NCBI GenBank assembly: GCA_002633005.1
Contig: NMRA01000027.1
Coordinates: forward strand, 533,275 to 597,264
DNA from: Phoronis australis
Lineage: Eukaryota > Animalia > Phoronida
Length of the DNA: 63,990 nucleotides
Direction: 5' to 3'
A program made the translations under genes and the position numbers. Positions 34,356-49,300 of the stretch are shown here, one piece after another; the first letter of the stretch is position 1; each line of letters begins with the position of its first letter. The notes below the pieces were generated by a model that had not been told where the DNA came from, ran no database searches, and saw only the letters and a list, made by a program, of their open reading frames with translations.

Positions 34356-37300
34356 CTGCAACAGAGGGTACAATGAAATTGCAGAACAGCTGTCACAGAG
34401 GGCATCAAGAACATTGGTCTGTATGTACTGTCACGTAACAGGAAAAACGAAGCAAAACAAAAATTCATTAATTAGGAGAATGCAGTGTATTTTAAACAAC
34501 TAAATGTCATAGATACGTAAAACCTATGAATTTCGAAAATGTGCTTAATAGCAGACAATAGTCACGTGACACAAATTTTGTTTTTCAGATTATCCATGTG
34601 ACCTACCTTTCTCCTTACTATACATGACAAGCAGACAACTGTCTGGTCCCAATCCAAACACCTCGCCAGTAGGTAGCGCCACCACAGAGCTGACTGACGA
34701 CCCGAAGTCCTCTCTCCAGCTCACCATGGGTGGGTCACAGTCGGGTGAGCCCACATAGTTACCCCACTTAAGACCAGAAACACCGGGGACGACTGAATTA
34801 TTCTGAAGACAGTTATAAAGACAATGAAATAGAGACCAAATGATTGTAATTATAGTGGTCAGATTAGTAACACTACGTGCCAACAATTCAGATATTACAC
34901 AATTTTGTCATAGAACTGGACATTGATTATTAAGTAAGTGTCTGAACTCAAAAATAAAACACCATCGTCCGACATTCTTATAGTTTTAGTTAAAATTTCC
35001 TTTCAGTTTAGCGCAGCCAAGTGCGACGTAAAACGACCCATGCTTCCATCATGAGTATGATTGTGCTTCATACCTTAAGGTTTTGAAGAATGGAATTATT
35101 AAATTAGCTACAACAGCAGTAATTCTGAGCTTGAGTGTTGAAAGAGTGACACCACGCACACACGAACATTGATAACGTGACTGATCTAATGTTATGTATA
35201 TGACTGTGTATTTGAAATACTAAGGACAATGTTATCTTAGATGTCCATACAACAGTAGATAAAATAAAGACAAAATACAAAATACAAAGTTTTAACACCT
35301 GTCAACACACAGAGACCTGCACAAATGTTCAATTTTGACTCACCTTGGAAGTGTCATTATCTGGTACTGTCCTTACAGTTTCCCTGCCCCCAGGGAAGCG
35401 GCAGATGTCATGAGGAGATCTGAACAACTGTTTGGGGGTCTGGCCGTATGTTTTGATCATGGTCTTGACTGCACCTCTCTTAACAGGGTCTTCAATGGCG
35501 TCCACATCAATACCAAAGTATGTCTAAAAACAAACATAATCATGAAGAAAGACATATAGGATCATTTGTTAAAATCAGAAAACAGTAACCTGGACAAAAA
35601 ACAAAAACAAAAACAGGGTCTTAAGTCATGTTGTTTGTTTGAACGTATTAAGAAGCAGAAATCACAACAGATTACCACAACTTCCAGCATTCGCCAAAAA
35701 TAAACACACAAACCAACCCAGAATTGACTGTCATGACTGACCACAAGCTGAATTGATGGCCATGACAGAGCAAACTAGACAGGTTGAAGACTTACAGCAG
35801 GATGGAACACATTAATAGCATCAACGGCTGGCTTTCCTTGCTGCTTGAATCCAAACACCAAGTCGATCCAGTGATGGATCATTGACGACACGTATGCAGA
35901 CTCCAGTGCCTGACGGTGGACGAGAGTGAAGAGCCGAGGATTGTGGGAACACCATGGTGGCAACTCGACATCTTCTACAGGATTACCGCATTGACGCTTT
36001 TTGAAGTCAAATCCTGTAGAGGTTACAGAGATTATTGTCTGTTTGTTTTGTAGCCAGCAAAAACTGATAAGTAAGGGCATTCAAGATTTTAGTCAATTAG
36101 TGAAAATGGAAACCAAATATTATCAATGTAGTAGAACACAGAAATTGGGTCAACTATGACTATTGAACATTGTATCAGAACTCTTTTGTATGAACTTATA
36201 TTACTAAACGAAATACTATAAGACTGTTGAAGAAAATGAAGCACACATAAAATGCAGAATGTCGAAGGAGTTTGTGAGATCACAAAACAATAGCACACCT
36301 TCACTGTTGAGTAAGAACTCAGGAAGGAAGAAGAATTCTGGGATCAGTTCCTTGACATCAGTGGTTGACTCATAGCTTGACAAACGGTAGGTGGTGGCCA
36401 GCGAGTGGAATGTACGGTCAGGAATGTCAAAATGACCATCTGCAACATAGGCAAGATGAACTAACTTAAATCAGCAAGTCTTCATCTTAAAACTGTTCAC
36501 ACTCCTACACTAACAGCATTTCACGAATTGCTAATCGCAACATCTTCAAACCCAGGGTTTGTCATAGTTACAGCTTTATGCATTTCCATTTGGAAGTATA
36601 AAGACAACAGCAGCAGGATGAGTGGCAGGCCGACCACCACACTATCCTAGCTAGTTACTCAACATGTTCACCAATGAAAGTTGGGAGAGAGTGAGAGATC
36701 AGTGGCAGGATTCAAACCCTGTCATTCCAGGAGTGTACCTATAGCTCAATACCACCACCTAGGCCTGAACACGTGACCAGATCTTTACCAACCCTTACGC
36801 TAGGTCAGCCATATTTTAGTCACATGAAAAATTCACTCTAGTCTTCACTTAAGTGCTACAGGGATTGTCAGTGCTCCATGCCACATTTCAGTCACTTCAT
36901 TTGCATAATTAGGGCATACTAAAGAGTTAGTCAATGACAAAATAGCCCGCCCGACAATTATGTAACAATTAGTTCCAAGTTTCCCTGAAGCACACAACTC
37001 AAGCCTACCTTGATATGACAAGAACATCTTGGTGAAGGGGGGTAGGCGCACTAGGAAATGCAGTACACTGCCGCTGTTGGAATAATGTGATCCGTAGTGA
37101 TATGGAGCCATGTGGAACGGGGACACACGCAAGACAGCTGGGTCGACCTTACTGGCCTCTGACACTAGGAACTGTTAACAGAAACATCAACAACTACATG
37201 AAACCAGACTAAAGAAAATTTTCAAGATCAACCCAACAGACATGCACCCACTTATTAGTAAATTGTCAGGAGACATAGGTTTCACGTATTCATTACACAG

Positions 37301-40300
37301 AGGTTGCATGCATTCATTAAATGTGATTCCCAAGTGTTCAATGCGTTCTGTTCGTTAGCCGCACACAAATCACACTGATGCGGTGAACACAAGACATTTA
37401 GCTTTATGTAATGGAAAGTAAAACCACTCATTTTAGACCATATAAAAGTAGCCGAATTAAAGCACATGGACTGAATACTGAGTTTACTGTTGTCAGCACC
37501 TTTACCGTAAGAAACCTTTGTGCCAAATATGACCACCGGGTGTTGCTGCACACACACAACTTGAATTGCAACCTTATCAATAAATTGTGACATTTAAGAA
37601 TGCATTTCACAAATTATCTTAATGTCATTATCCTAAGACAAAAACAATTTCCAGAATTGACCTATATTTAATTTTTTCAAAAAGCTTCCGACAATGTAAT
37701 GAGTGTCAGTAATTTTTCAACACATTGTCTGACAGTAGCCAAATGTACGTAATTTATGAATAGATTAAAGCATTTTAAGAATACTTTGACACTTTTCATT
37801 GTGTATGAAAAAATGTCAAACTAAAATCTCACTTGCCTGCCATACTTCCAAAATAACTGTAATACCTAGCTAAGCAAACTTGTTATTGCTGATACCTGGA
37901 CAATACACGGTGAACTTTAAGACTTAATCACACATTTGAAAACAAAATACCCAATTAAGGTCACTTAGCCTAACGAAGAGAAACCATCTCTCACAAACCA
38001 GAAATCTTTCCTTGTATAAGTCAGTGCTTACATTGTAGTTAGACACATATTTCTCCTCCCGAGCTTTTTCCTGTACAGAGATAGGCTTGGTCAAGTCTCG
38101 GTACATCTGTGGACTTTCAAGGTCGATCAAGGTTGATGTGTACTCTTTCAACACAAATGGGAACACAGGGTACTGCATTAGATCATTGAAAGAACGCCCT
38201 GCCACCTGAAATATCAACATTATACTATTACTTGAGTGATTCCAAACTTTTCAAGGGGCACTGACACAGTTTTAATTATCATAATTGAATCTTTGTCGTT
38301 TTACATTTTGATCTTAGCCTACAACAAATCTGTAAAAAAATGGGGTCACTAAATTAGTCTTTTCGTTACAACTGCCTTAAACAGAGACATCTATGGCAAA
38401 AATGTGAAATTAACTTGCTTTGGATTACTGATAAAACCTTCTAATTAAAATCTTGTTGTACGATGTTCGATTTATGTTTTAACTGCTTTAATTATACTTC
38501 CCAGTTAATTGATTTTCTTACGTAGGCATGTCTTAATGAAGGGCTGTTACTGAACTATACTTACGAGGGCATCTGTTATGAAGGATGCAACTTAACTGTA
38601 CTTAATACCTAGGTGTAAGTTAACATTTTTCTGGATTTTGAATACCACAGATTTTACCATTTTAGCTTCTATGCAAAAAGTTACACTCATTGTCGGCTAA
38701 ACTTCTCTTAAATTTCATTTTGTTGCCTATCGAGTTTTCTGTGAAATAAGAGAAAAATAATTTGGGGTCACAGACTTCGTTTTGAGGTGTGTTATCTCAA
38801 ACAGTGTCACACAATGCACAATTTGGCCTTCTCAAATGTGCACCAATTTCAAGATCATGATTACTTGGCTGTGTTTCACTACATAGTAATTATGGTATAA
38901 TGTTTTGGATTGTGAAATAAGTTAGTTCACGTAAGTTTCTTTTTTAACAATTCAAAATTGCCGTTTGAATTAGGCCACACCTAATGTCCACCCTTCAGTT
39001 TGCTTGTTGTTTAGTTTGAGGTTATTGTGACATCTGATTTCACACGCTATTACTTAATGCCAAAATCACTCACCTTGTTGAGATGTGTCAGGTACTCAAA
39101 GTTAGTCATCTTGCCCTCCAGCCACAACTGCTGTATGGCGCTCAGATTCTCCACCTTCAAAAGGTTAGGTAATGCTTTCCCCATCAGGTGAGTATACACA
39201 ACGTCGCGCTCCTGCAACAAGAACATGGAGAGTTAACATCAAATCTGATCAATCAAGGACAACAACATTGCCAAAATCGAATCTGCTGTTAATTTCAGTG
39301 GCTTCCAACATTGCAATGAATACCGTGTCTGACAGTAATAGTTTTCAATTTACTGTAAGGCACTAGCTGTGGCATAGCTTAATTGAGGGGGTCCAGTGCC
39401 CTTGTATGGAATGAGCAAACAATGCACTCATTGTCTGGCAGACCATTTTAAGGCTATTGCGAACCTTGAATCCTTCAAACATTGTGGTCTACCCTGCAAT
39501 GCCCTAGACCTGCTAATTACTATGGGTGTAAAATGTAAAAAAAATTGATAATTAGAAGCCGGATAATTCTTTGGCATCTTTTGATGCTTCATAAACTTGA
39601 GGATACAAGTTCGTAGGCCTATTCTCAATTCTATAAAAACCGTAAAATGTCAGCCAAAATTTAAAAAAATGCTTCTACTGAGAAAAACGCAGTGAGAGTA
39701 GACACTTCATCAAATTCTCAACACGAAATTTTACAAAGAAAGAAGTCAATTTGTAAAGTAAAATACTGAGCGAATGGTTAACTCATGGGCTTACTTTAGT
39801 TGATTCCAATGCTAACAAGCACGTTTTGCCGTTGGTCAGGAATATCTCAATGGCATTGTCGTTGAGCTGATACCATCGTTTATGGATCTCCTTGATCTCT
39901 TCCAGAGGCCAGTTCATGGACAGGTCATCCTTGTTGCCTAGCAACAGCTGCGTATAGTTGGCATCCATGATGGCTTCATCGCCAATGAAATACATGCTGT
40001 TCTCACCAATGAGCAGATCACCTGGTATCTCACTAGATGGCGTCACACTCATGCTACGACACGTTAATCTGAAAATGAAAGCACAAAAAAGCCTTGCTAA
40101 ACAATAGTGATAACATGGCACGTTGTATTGTACAATAGCTGCAAGCTGAAAATCCACCACAATTTTCAACACAAGAGGGCAGATCTCACTTTCCTCCAGC
40201 CAACACGGAAATCTTCATTCATCGACATAAAACACGCCAAATTTTACTTGAATGTGTACTTTTAAATTGGTTCAAATAATTTCAGCTTGGCCCACTTAAA

Positions 40301-43300
40301 AATCACGGATATCATCAACGGTCACCAAGTCTTAAAGATGGAGCAACATGAATGAAGAGAACAAATAGAGCAAGAGGGATTAAGATAACAGATGTGACTC
40401 ATCATGTCAACATGTGACTTCACAACAGTTTAATCAGCGCCACCTAGTGGCAAGGAAGGGTCATAAAGGTATTGGTGGAAGTTATCTATAGCAAAATGAA
40501 CAGCACCGTCATAAATTTTTTTAAGACCTGAAGTGTGTTCAGTAAGGCACAAACATCTCGAAAATTGACAAGATATTCAGATCTCGTCTTAAAAGTCGAG
40601 CGAGACATGTGACCTCATCAGTTTTAACTATAGCCTTGCTGCACACACCCCAAAGTGACTTAACAACATGCTAGTTTGTGTAATGCTGTTATTGCTGAAC
40701 CACATGCTGCCTATGTCTGACGACAAGCAACAAGTAACAAGTAACAGAATGCAGTGCAAAGCCTTGAACTAGGCTAACTTACTGAATATTCTTGATTAAC
40801 ATCCTGCGAATGAGACACTTTGTCAGCTCAAGTGAAGCAAAATGTGAATACCAAGCTTTTGAAAATACCAACAGAAAGAACAATACAAAGGTTATAGTTA
40901 GTATTTACCTTGAATTGACAACTCTCAAGATGCTTTACAAACAAACCAAAGATTGATTTCAACTGAAAATATCCACCATTCAGCTTCGTAATCTATCATT
41001 CTTTATTCTGGTAATTTCAAATAAAACATGCTCCAGAGATGTGGGAGGGACTAACTACGTACTCTATTTTTTCGTTTGTGTGTAGTCTGTAAATCAGAGC
41101 AGCCGAGTCCGAGGTTTGGTGATCATCATCAAAGAGATAGGACAGGGGAGACTCACGTTCTTCCGATTCTGAAAAACCATGATTTTTCTGTAATGCATGC
41201 ATACCTGTCCTACGTATGTCTTAGCTGAATACATTCAAACAGTCTTGAGAAACACGAAAACGAAATTCCAATTTTTCCGTGATTTTGCTTAGTAACAAGG
41301 CGTAGATTTGTTGTAAGCTATATGGTACAGCATAAGACAAATCGGTAATTGTTAGTAGTAAACTTCTTCTACTTCACGTCACAGTTCAATTCACAACGTG
41401 TGTAGCTCACCCAGTTTGTGCTGTGCTTCACTTTTCAGCTTTTCTGCACTAATCCCCAGGTGGCACCGTTGTAGCCTCTTGCGTACTCTGCATGGTCCCT
41501 CGGTGGGGTCCAACTGCCAGGACTGGGGGTAGGACTTGGGGTCATGCCAAACAGCTCTATAAGACAACATAGGGTGGTGAAATGATAACTTATTCAGATT
41601 GTAAGTTCTACTTATTAATTTGAAAGAGGGGAAATCCCTACGATATTGCAATTTCAATCTGGCCACCTGTGCCCAGTTACATGAAACAGTCCCAAATAGG
41701 GACTCAACCGAGTTCCTTAAATTTTCTGCTTATTTTTGGACTCATGAAAACATTGATTGCTCTTTCGTGTATTGTTTTAGTTTCATTACTAAGTCAACTT
41801 TTGACTTTGATACAAATCGAGAGTGAACTCTACGTTGAATCTTTAATATTATCGAAAATAATTAGGGATCTTTTCATGCAACACCCCCAATTTAAGGACT
41901 GAGTCCCTATTTATTTTCAATGAACCCTAAGCTCAGTTTTTAGTTAATATATTATTAGAAAATGTCATTAATCAAAGAGATCATAATAAAAATGAATTGA
42001 TAGAAAAATATTGCATCTGCGAGTCCACAAAAACACAAATACACAAAAAAACTTAAGGACCTTAGTTGAGTCCCTTAGAGATTTGGGACTGTTTCATGCA
42101 ACCGGCCACTGGTGTCTGCAGGACGAAACTATCAGGGTGGACTCTAGTTTTGTCTTCATTCTAATTTTCTAGCTATTCAGCTTCTCCAAACTTAACAGTA
42201 AGTTGTTTGAAACTAAAGCTGGCTAAAATCCACAAACATCAACCTATCATGTCCTACACTACACTGCATCTCCTCCCTTCCATCAACTTACCTCTCATGG
42301 GTCAATTGTTGAATCAGCTGCTGCCACTGTTTCTTCACTTGAAGACTGTGTGTCATCTTCACCTTGAGGTGTTCAATGAACTTCTTCCTCTCCCTATTCT
42401 GGTTCTTGACCACGTTCTGGGTCACCTCCATGGCGTTGACGGAGATCTGCCGTGTAGTCACTTCACTCTTCTGCAGGACCCTGGCATGAAAAAGTTTGTA
42501 AAGCGCAATTTAGACATGAAAAGTTGTAATAACCTACAGGTTACATAACAAATGTGACAATTAAAGCAAGTTATTTCCTAGAACAATATATTCACTAAAT
42601 GTTTAAATTAATGACAATGCTCAACTTATATGACAAATCTAACAACAAAGCATTGTTTAATTCCATGATGTAAAATGCATGCCAAAAATAATGAATAAGC
42701 CACAATGAGCCAACATGACCCGTCATTCTAGCTACTTTGACTATGAATTCTGTTAAGTCAGCCAGCATGACAGGAAACTTTGTCAGCCAGTTGTGAGATT
42801 ATTTACGACATGTACAACAGTGCTGTACCTTTGTACACAGACAGCTCGCTTCTCAGCCCAGGATTGTCGTTGACGCTCGGTCTCTGCCTGCCAAGCCTTC
42901 ATGTCGTCTTCATTGGCCAACATGGGTCCGTATGCCTTCAGATGTGGCAGGAAGCCGTCAATCATCTCCTTCTGTTGAGGACGTAGACCTGCATAGTGGT
43001 TTGTCACCATGTCTCGCAGGCATGCATTCAGACGCTGACCCTGAGTTGAGAAACAGAAACGAGAATGATCAATAAAACTGTTCCGAGCAGAAACTATGAA
43101 ATTCAACACCATCAGCTGAACCAAAGCCTTTAACAAAACAAAGTGAATTTATTAAAGGCTCTATAAATAATGTCCTGGTGTCAAAAACATCAATCTTTTT
43201 CACAGGCACGTTTTGTTCTTACACTGTGTGCTTATTGTTGTTAGGATGAAATTGGTAACAATCAATCACCTAAAATTCCCCTGATGATCTTATAGTCTTG

Positions 43301-46300
43301 GCGACTGAACCAAGCCCACAATGACAAGCAACTGAATGGGCCAGTCTGAAGCCTAGACACCATTTCTCACGATAATAACAATCATTTTTATGACAAACAA
43401 GAGGACTGATTTTGTGGTGAGTGGCCTAGATAAAAAGTTGGTTTTTGATTCAAGGCACGGGTTTACTGCTCCTTTAAGCACAAGGAAACTAATAGTTAAC
43501 AATTAAAGAATAATTAACAAATATAACTTTTTTAACAAACAATAAACAAAATGCTCATATACTGGTCTTGATGAAGTTTTGTTTAAATGAAAAGTAACTT
43601 CATTGAAGCTGAACGATTTCGTAACCTCAAACACATGGAAAGCACTCAATTCTGATACTACTCACCGTGCAGCCAGTATTTCCCATCAGTTTCATCAAGT
43701 CGGGTAATTTTGGACTTTTTGAAGTAGTCACAAGCTGCACAGCATACAGCCTCTGGTCAAGACTAGACGATGGCCGTAGCACATGCGTCAGTAAACGACT
43801 GAATTGAATCCTCAAGAAATCCCTGGATCCCCTCAGCAGACTATTCCACACACTTTCATTCGAACGAGGCTTTTCCATGGCCGTCAGCAAGGAATTCAAG
43901 AGAGAATCCAAAAGGTGGCGCTCAAACTGCTTCTTGTAGACGAAAGTTTCTGGAACACATGAGTCACCATCTTCACACAAGCGCGCAAGCTTGTCCTCTA
44001 CGGTGGACTGGGAGGAATGAAGGTCGCCTGTAAACAAATAAATTGTTTAGTTATTTCCACAAGAAGCATGACCCCAATTGGGAGATTGCAGGAGATTCAT
44101 CATATTTAATGCAAATTCTGCAAAAAAACCTACAAACTATTAATGAGAATGAAAAGTAAGTATTTCAAACAAAATCTTCAGCGCAAACATTGCTTGCCAA
44201 TATAATGGCAAACAAAACAGGGGAAAGCAAACAAGTCAAAAGTATGTTTTGTTCACTACCGCTTACGTGTTCTCTTTGATTGCTTCCAACATATTATCAG
44301 TTACCAAACTCAAACAGCTAGCCAACATAGTTGACAATTTACCTGAGAAAATGACAAAGTCAACGCTCATTGTCACAACCTTTCGATATCGTTCCGCTAA
44401 CTCATTATCAGACGTTTGACTTTGATTAGAGACGGAGGATTGTTGGTAAAAAACAGAAGAGTGTCGCCTGGAAGGATCAATAGTCAACGTTTCACGGTTC
44501 AGTTCATGTTCATCTTCATTGAGACAAAATTGATCGTAAGGCGAGACAGGACGGAGAGTAGCTGGTGGACAGGAATACAACGAACCACGACGTCGCTGAG
44601 CCAGTCGCTCAGTCTCACTGATCGTCAGGAACGGATCTTTGCGCTTGTATGACATCAGTTGGTCACGTACGGCAGACGTAGACACAGACCTTCTGAAGTC
44701 TGGAATACACATAAATTCCCAACTCAAACAGTCTAATTATTCAGGTCACATGAACAAAAAGCCCAAAGAGCAAAACCTCAAAATGGTAAACGTTTTCCTA
44801 ACTTCAGGTGAGCAATCAAGTTAGTTGTGAGGTAACACGGGAACAGTACACAAAATCGGAATTATTAAAAGTGCCATCTTTTCAATTTTCAAGGGCTTTT
44901 AACAAAATAGTTAGCCCAAATTTTGATGGCAGCTACAGTACAGAGCTTGGAAATTTTAAAATAGTGATACGTGGCAACTTTTTTTTCTGATAAAAATGAT
45001 AAAATTGTGTCCACTGGCCAAACATTACCATCATTTTTTTCTGTACACAATTATTCAGTCGGAATACTTTAATTCTAAAAAATATCACCATTAGAAAAAT
45101 TCTTCAGTTACACAATACACACAATTCAATTGTAATCAGAGCATTTTTATCTGAAGAGCCCAAGGAAAGTGGTATGTCACATCAACAACCTCAGGCTGCA
45201 ATCCCTCATATGACCAAGGCTGGTCTGTTCAGTTACATTTAGTGAGGATTGATTAAGCGCGATCTTATCTGGTCAACACTGGTAAACAACTCAGGCTCAA
45301 TATACAAAAGCTGTTACCTGAAAATTTCAACAAAATAACATTCATATGCAAAAAAACTTGATTGGATTGTTGATTTCTAAAAATGACATCCCAAAAGATT
45401 TGTGGACTGCTGATTATGTTTACATTACACTAGTTTAGCGATCTCCACATACAACAGACAGGTTTAAGGTGCACTATAAACACCTGTGGATTTTCAAAAT
45501 GCTTTGAGCTAAAAGGCTGCAACTGTAGAGAACTCGTTGCAAAAAATATCAACAGAAGGTCACACCTGTTGCCCTTGTCTTCTCTCGAAGCAGCAGAGTG
45601 TGCATAATGGACGTCCGGCGACGGATGATGTTCAGTTCACACGTGGTCTGAATGAACTCTAGACCTGACTGCATGACCAGGCACTGCAGCTGGCAGACAA
45701 CGTCGACAGACCGCGCGTAACTCTCCATCATCTGGTTGGCATGGAGACCGATGTGCACTTGTTCCAGAGCATTAAGCAGGCGCATCATGTCCTCAAATTG
45801 TTGATAGGCGGCAGCACCACTCGTGCTGAAAAGGAGAGATCAGAACAACAGTGTGGCAAGCAAGTAATGGCCCTATCACCAACTGGCAAATTGAAATATT
45901 TTGTCAAGTCAGTACGGGAGTGCTGACAATTATTATCTTGCAAGGCACAGACCTACTACTTCTGCAAAAAGTTTATATTGCAAAATTCCAACAATTCCTG
46001 GTCTTTGACTGAAAACATTCTTTATTTCTAACATCAGTATACATGGCAAAATTTTGACAACAGGGTTGACTTAAAATTACACATAATACACACAAAGAGC
46101 AAAGGTGACAAAAGCAATAGATATTACACTTGGAATTAACCAAGTTTTAGTAATAGTAACTAAACAAGAGAGTAAGAATAAGAAAAGAATGGGGAAAATG
46201 AAAGAGAAATGGCTGTTAAAGATATATTCTGAAATATTCTGACACACATTTAAGAACAATAATGTTTGATAAATAGGTCAAGTTTTGCTTCCATACAGTA

Positions 46301-49300
46301 AAAAAATAGCAGAAGCTCTTTAATTAGAATGGTCAGGGAGCAAGACAAACTGACGCAGATGACAGTTGGCGAGGCATTTCACGAAGAAATCATCTACCAT
46401 TTTGCTCTCACCATAAAAACATGTGTTGGATGAATTAGGGAAATTATGATTAAATTTTTGGGCATGACGATACTTACAAGATGTTCAGCACTAACTAACG
46501 ACTCAATCTACTGAAATTAATTTAAGTCTTCACAAGTGACTTACAAACACTTGATAGATGACACTTAAAATTTCCTCTCCTATTTCGCCTTTGTTGTACC
46601 ACACCACTATCACAAGTCATGTCAAAAATCTGTTAACACTCACCCTAGAGCTCTTGAGGTGATCAGCGACAACAGGTGAGTAATATCCCCGACTAACACC
46701 TCGTATGGGTCAACTACGCCGTGACTGACTGGCTTTGTGTGGTGCTTGGCGATGGCGTGGATCACATTACACAGAGTCTCGACCAATCCGTTGTCTACCA
46801 TCACAGTGGCCAGGGCTGGCACCAACTCAAATACCTGCACGAGATCACTCATAATTCTTATTGAATTGCAGGTAAGTGTAAAATAATCTAAATATTTCAA
46901 TTCGAAACATCTTCGTTTCAACAACTCTACAAACTACTACGCGGGTAAATATGACTGTGTACCTGACATAGCAGACAAAGAGTGTTATGACACAGTGTTG
47001 GCTTGGACACAATCCCTTCCAGTAGAGCCATCACAGGGATTATTGCAAGCTGCCTGACCTCTGACACTTCAGTCAACATGTTGGGGTCACAGCTGAAAAC
47101 AATAGCATTCTTTGGTGAACTGGAGTCACAGACGAAAACAAAAGGAACAATAATATTTTACTAGTGTTGCAGAGGCTAACTTTTAAGGAATAATTCCTGC
47201 ACTGGGGTCACCAACAGAAACAAAGGAACAGTCTGAGTTTGTACTGTGTCACAGATGGCAATAAAAAAACAGTCTGAGTGTGTACTGGTGTCACAGACAG
47301 CAACAAAAGAGCAACATGTGTACTGATGTCACAAGTGGCAACAAAGGAAAGTTCAGTCCTAATGGTCGGATGTCAATACAGCAAAGCACCAATGAAATCT
47401 TATTAATGCAAACCCTAAAACAAACAGTACTTATTGATCTGTAACTAACTTCAAGCAACAGTAATTAATGTGCAATATTTCATGTTCAAAGTACTTACTC
47501 GTCACGGAGACAGTGAGGTTTACCGAACACCATGGTAAAGCAAGCCTCAATCAGTTCACGGTTACTACTGAACTGATGCAGCTGATTGGCCAATAGGAGG
47601 AACCCTTGTAGCTTAACATACTGGTCCACTTTCTCTGGCAGCGAGATTTCAGCTCGATGAAGGTAGACATCCAGTAGCTGAAGAATATGGACGGCAATAT
47701 GGAACAATGGCCAACAAAACATAACAACATGATAACGGATGACATCGTAGCGTCTAAAGATTATGAACAAACAATCACAGACAATCGCACAGTTACATTA
47801 CAACAAAGAAAAACATCAATGAAACAAGCATGACATTTGAAATGAATTGTTGGAAGAGAGCTCACTGAAGCAATCATCAAGTAGTTAACCACAAGAAACC
47901 TAAAACCATGAGAAGTCCGAAGTTGACTTTCCTGAAAAAATTTTCAAATTAGGATGTGATGAACAGCGTTTTGTTACTATTCTAATAAATGATTAAAGGG
48001 GAAGGTGACAGTGGGCGCATAAAAAGTAATTCCAGCAGGTGGCGACGGACCAGAGAATTGAGATACTTAACATTTGACAACTAACGATCTAACTTCGTTA
48101 CAATGATGCATTTGATGGCAAACACAGACAGAAGTGCACACCACAAAATTAGCAAGGAATCATTCGAGCTACAAACTTCACTTCCTGAGTGACACACGAA
48201 TAATTATTGAGTACCCCCCGGAAATTAAATTAACTTGAAGATTTATCTTGTACAACCAAAAATGACACTAAAACCGATCCCCTTACTGTTTAAAATGCAC
48301 CATCGAGTGAACATTGAGAGTACCATCTTTAAATGATACACTCAGCATAATTAAAACCTTTAAGCAGTACTAGTAAGGCCTACCTTGACAATGGCTGTCC
48401 TCAGCTGTACAGACTCATGATTGGACAAGACTATGAGAGTCTCAGGTCTGAGTACAATGCCTAGCAGTTTACTGAGTAGGTTATCNACTGTGTACCTGAC
48501 ATAGCAGACAAAGAGTGTTATGACACAGTGTTGGCTTGGACACAATCCCTTCCAGTAGAGCCATCACAGGGATTATTGCAAGCTGCCTGACCTCTGACAC
48601 TTCAGTCAACATGTTGGGGTCACAGCTGAAAACAATAGCATTCTTTGGTGAACTGGGGTCACAGCCGACGACAAAGGAACCGTAATATTTCACTAGTGTT
48701 GCAGAGGCTAACTTTTAAGGAATAATCCCTGCAGTAGGGTCACTAACAGAAACAAAGGAACAGTCTGAGTGTGTACTAATGTCACAGATGGAAGCAAAGG
48801 AACAGTCTGAATGTGTACTGGTGTCACAGACAGCAACGAACGAACAACGTGTGTACTGATGTCACAAGTGGCAACAAAGGAAAGTTCAGTCATAATGGTC
48901 GGATGCCAGTACAGCAAAGCACCAATGAAATCTTATTAATGCAAACCCTAAAACAAATAGTACTTATTGATCTGTAACTAGCTTCAAGCAACAGTAATTA
49001 ATGTGCAATATTTCATGTTCAAACTTACTCGTCACGGAGACAGTGAGGTTTACCGAACACCATGGTAAAGCAAGCCTCAATCAGTTCACGGTTACTACTG
49101 AACTGATGCAGCTGATTGGCCAACAGGAGGAACCCTTGTAACTTAACATACTGGTCCACTTTCTCTGGCAGCGAGATTTCAGCTCGATGAAGGTAGACAT
49201 CCAGTAGCTGAAGAATATGGACGGCAATATAGAACAATGGCCAACAAAACATAACAACATGATAACAGATGACATCGTAGCGTCTAGAGATAATGAACAA

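Noticed and set aside
36700-36766. tRNA gene
   Set aside because: Only A/B-box-like remnants and no cloverleaf. Kept as a weak SINE candidate.
42207-44652. Plus-strand ORFs (e.g. 42207-42548, 44416-44652) as a nested gene
   Set aside because: They are antisense shadows of LYST exons with no independent splice structure or homology.
45180-45320. Additional LYST exon after an acceptor-like TTTTCAG (- strand)
   Set aside because: It has an in-frame stop in the required phase, and the neighbouring exons already join in frame.
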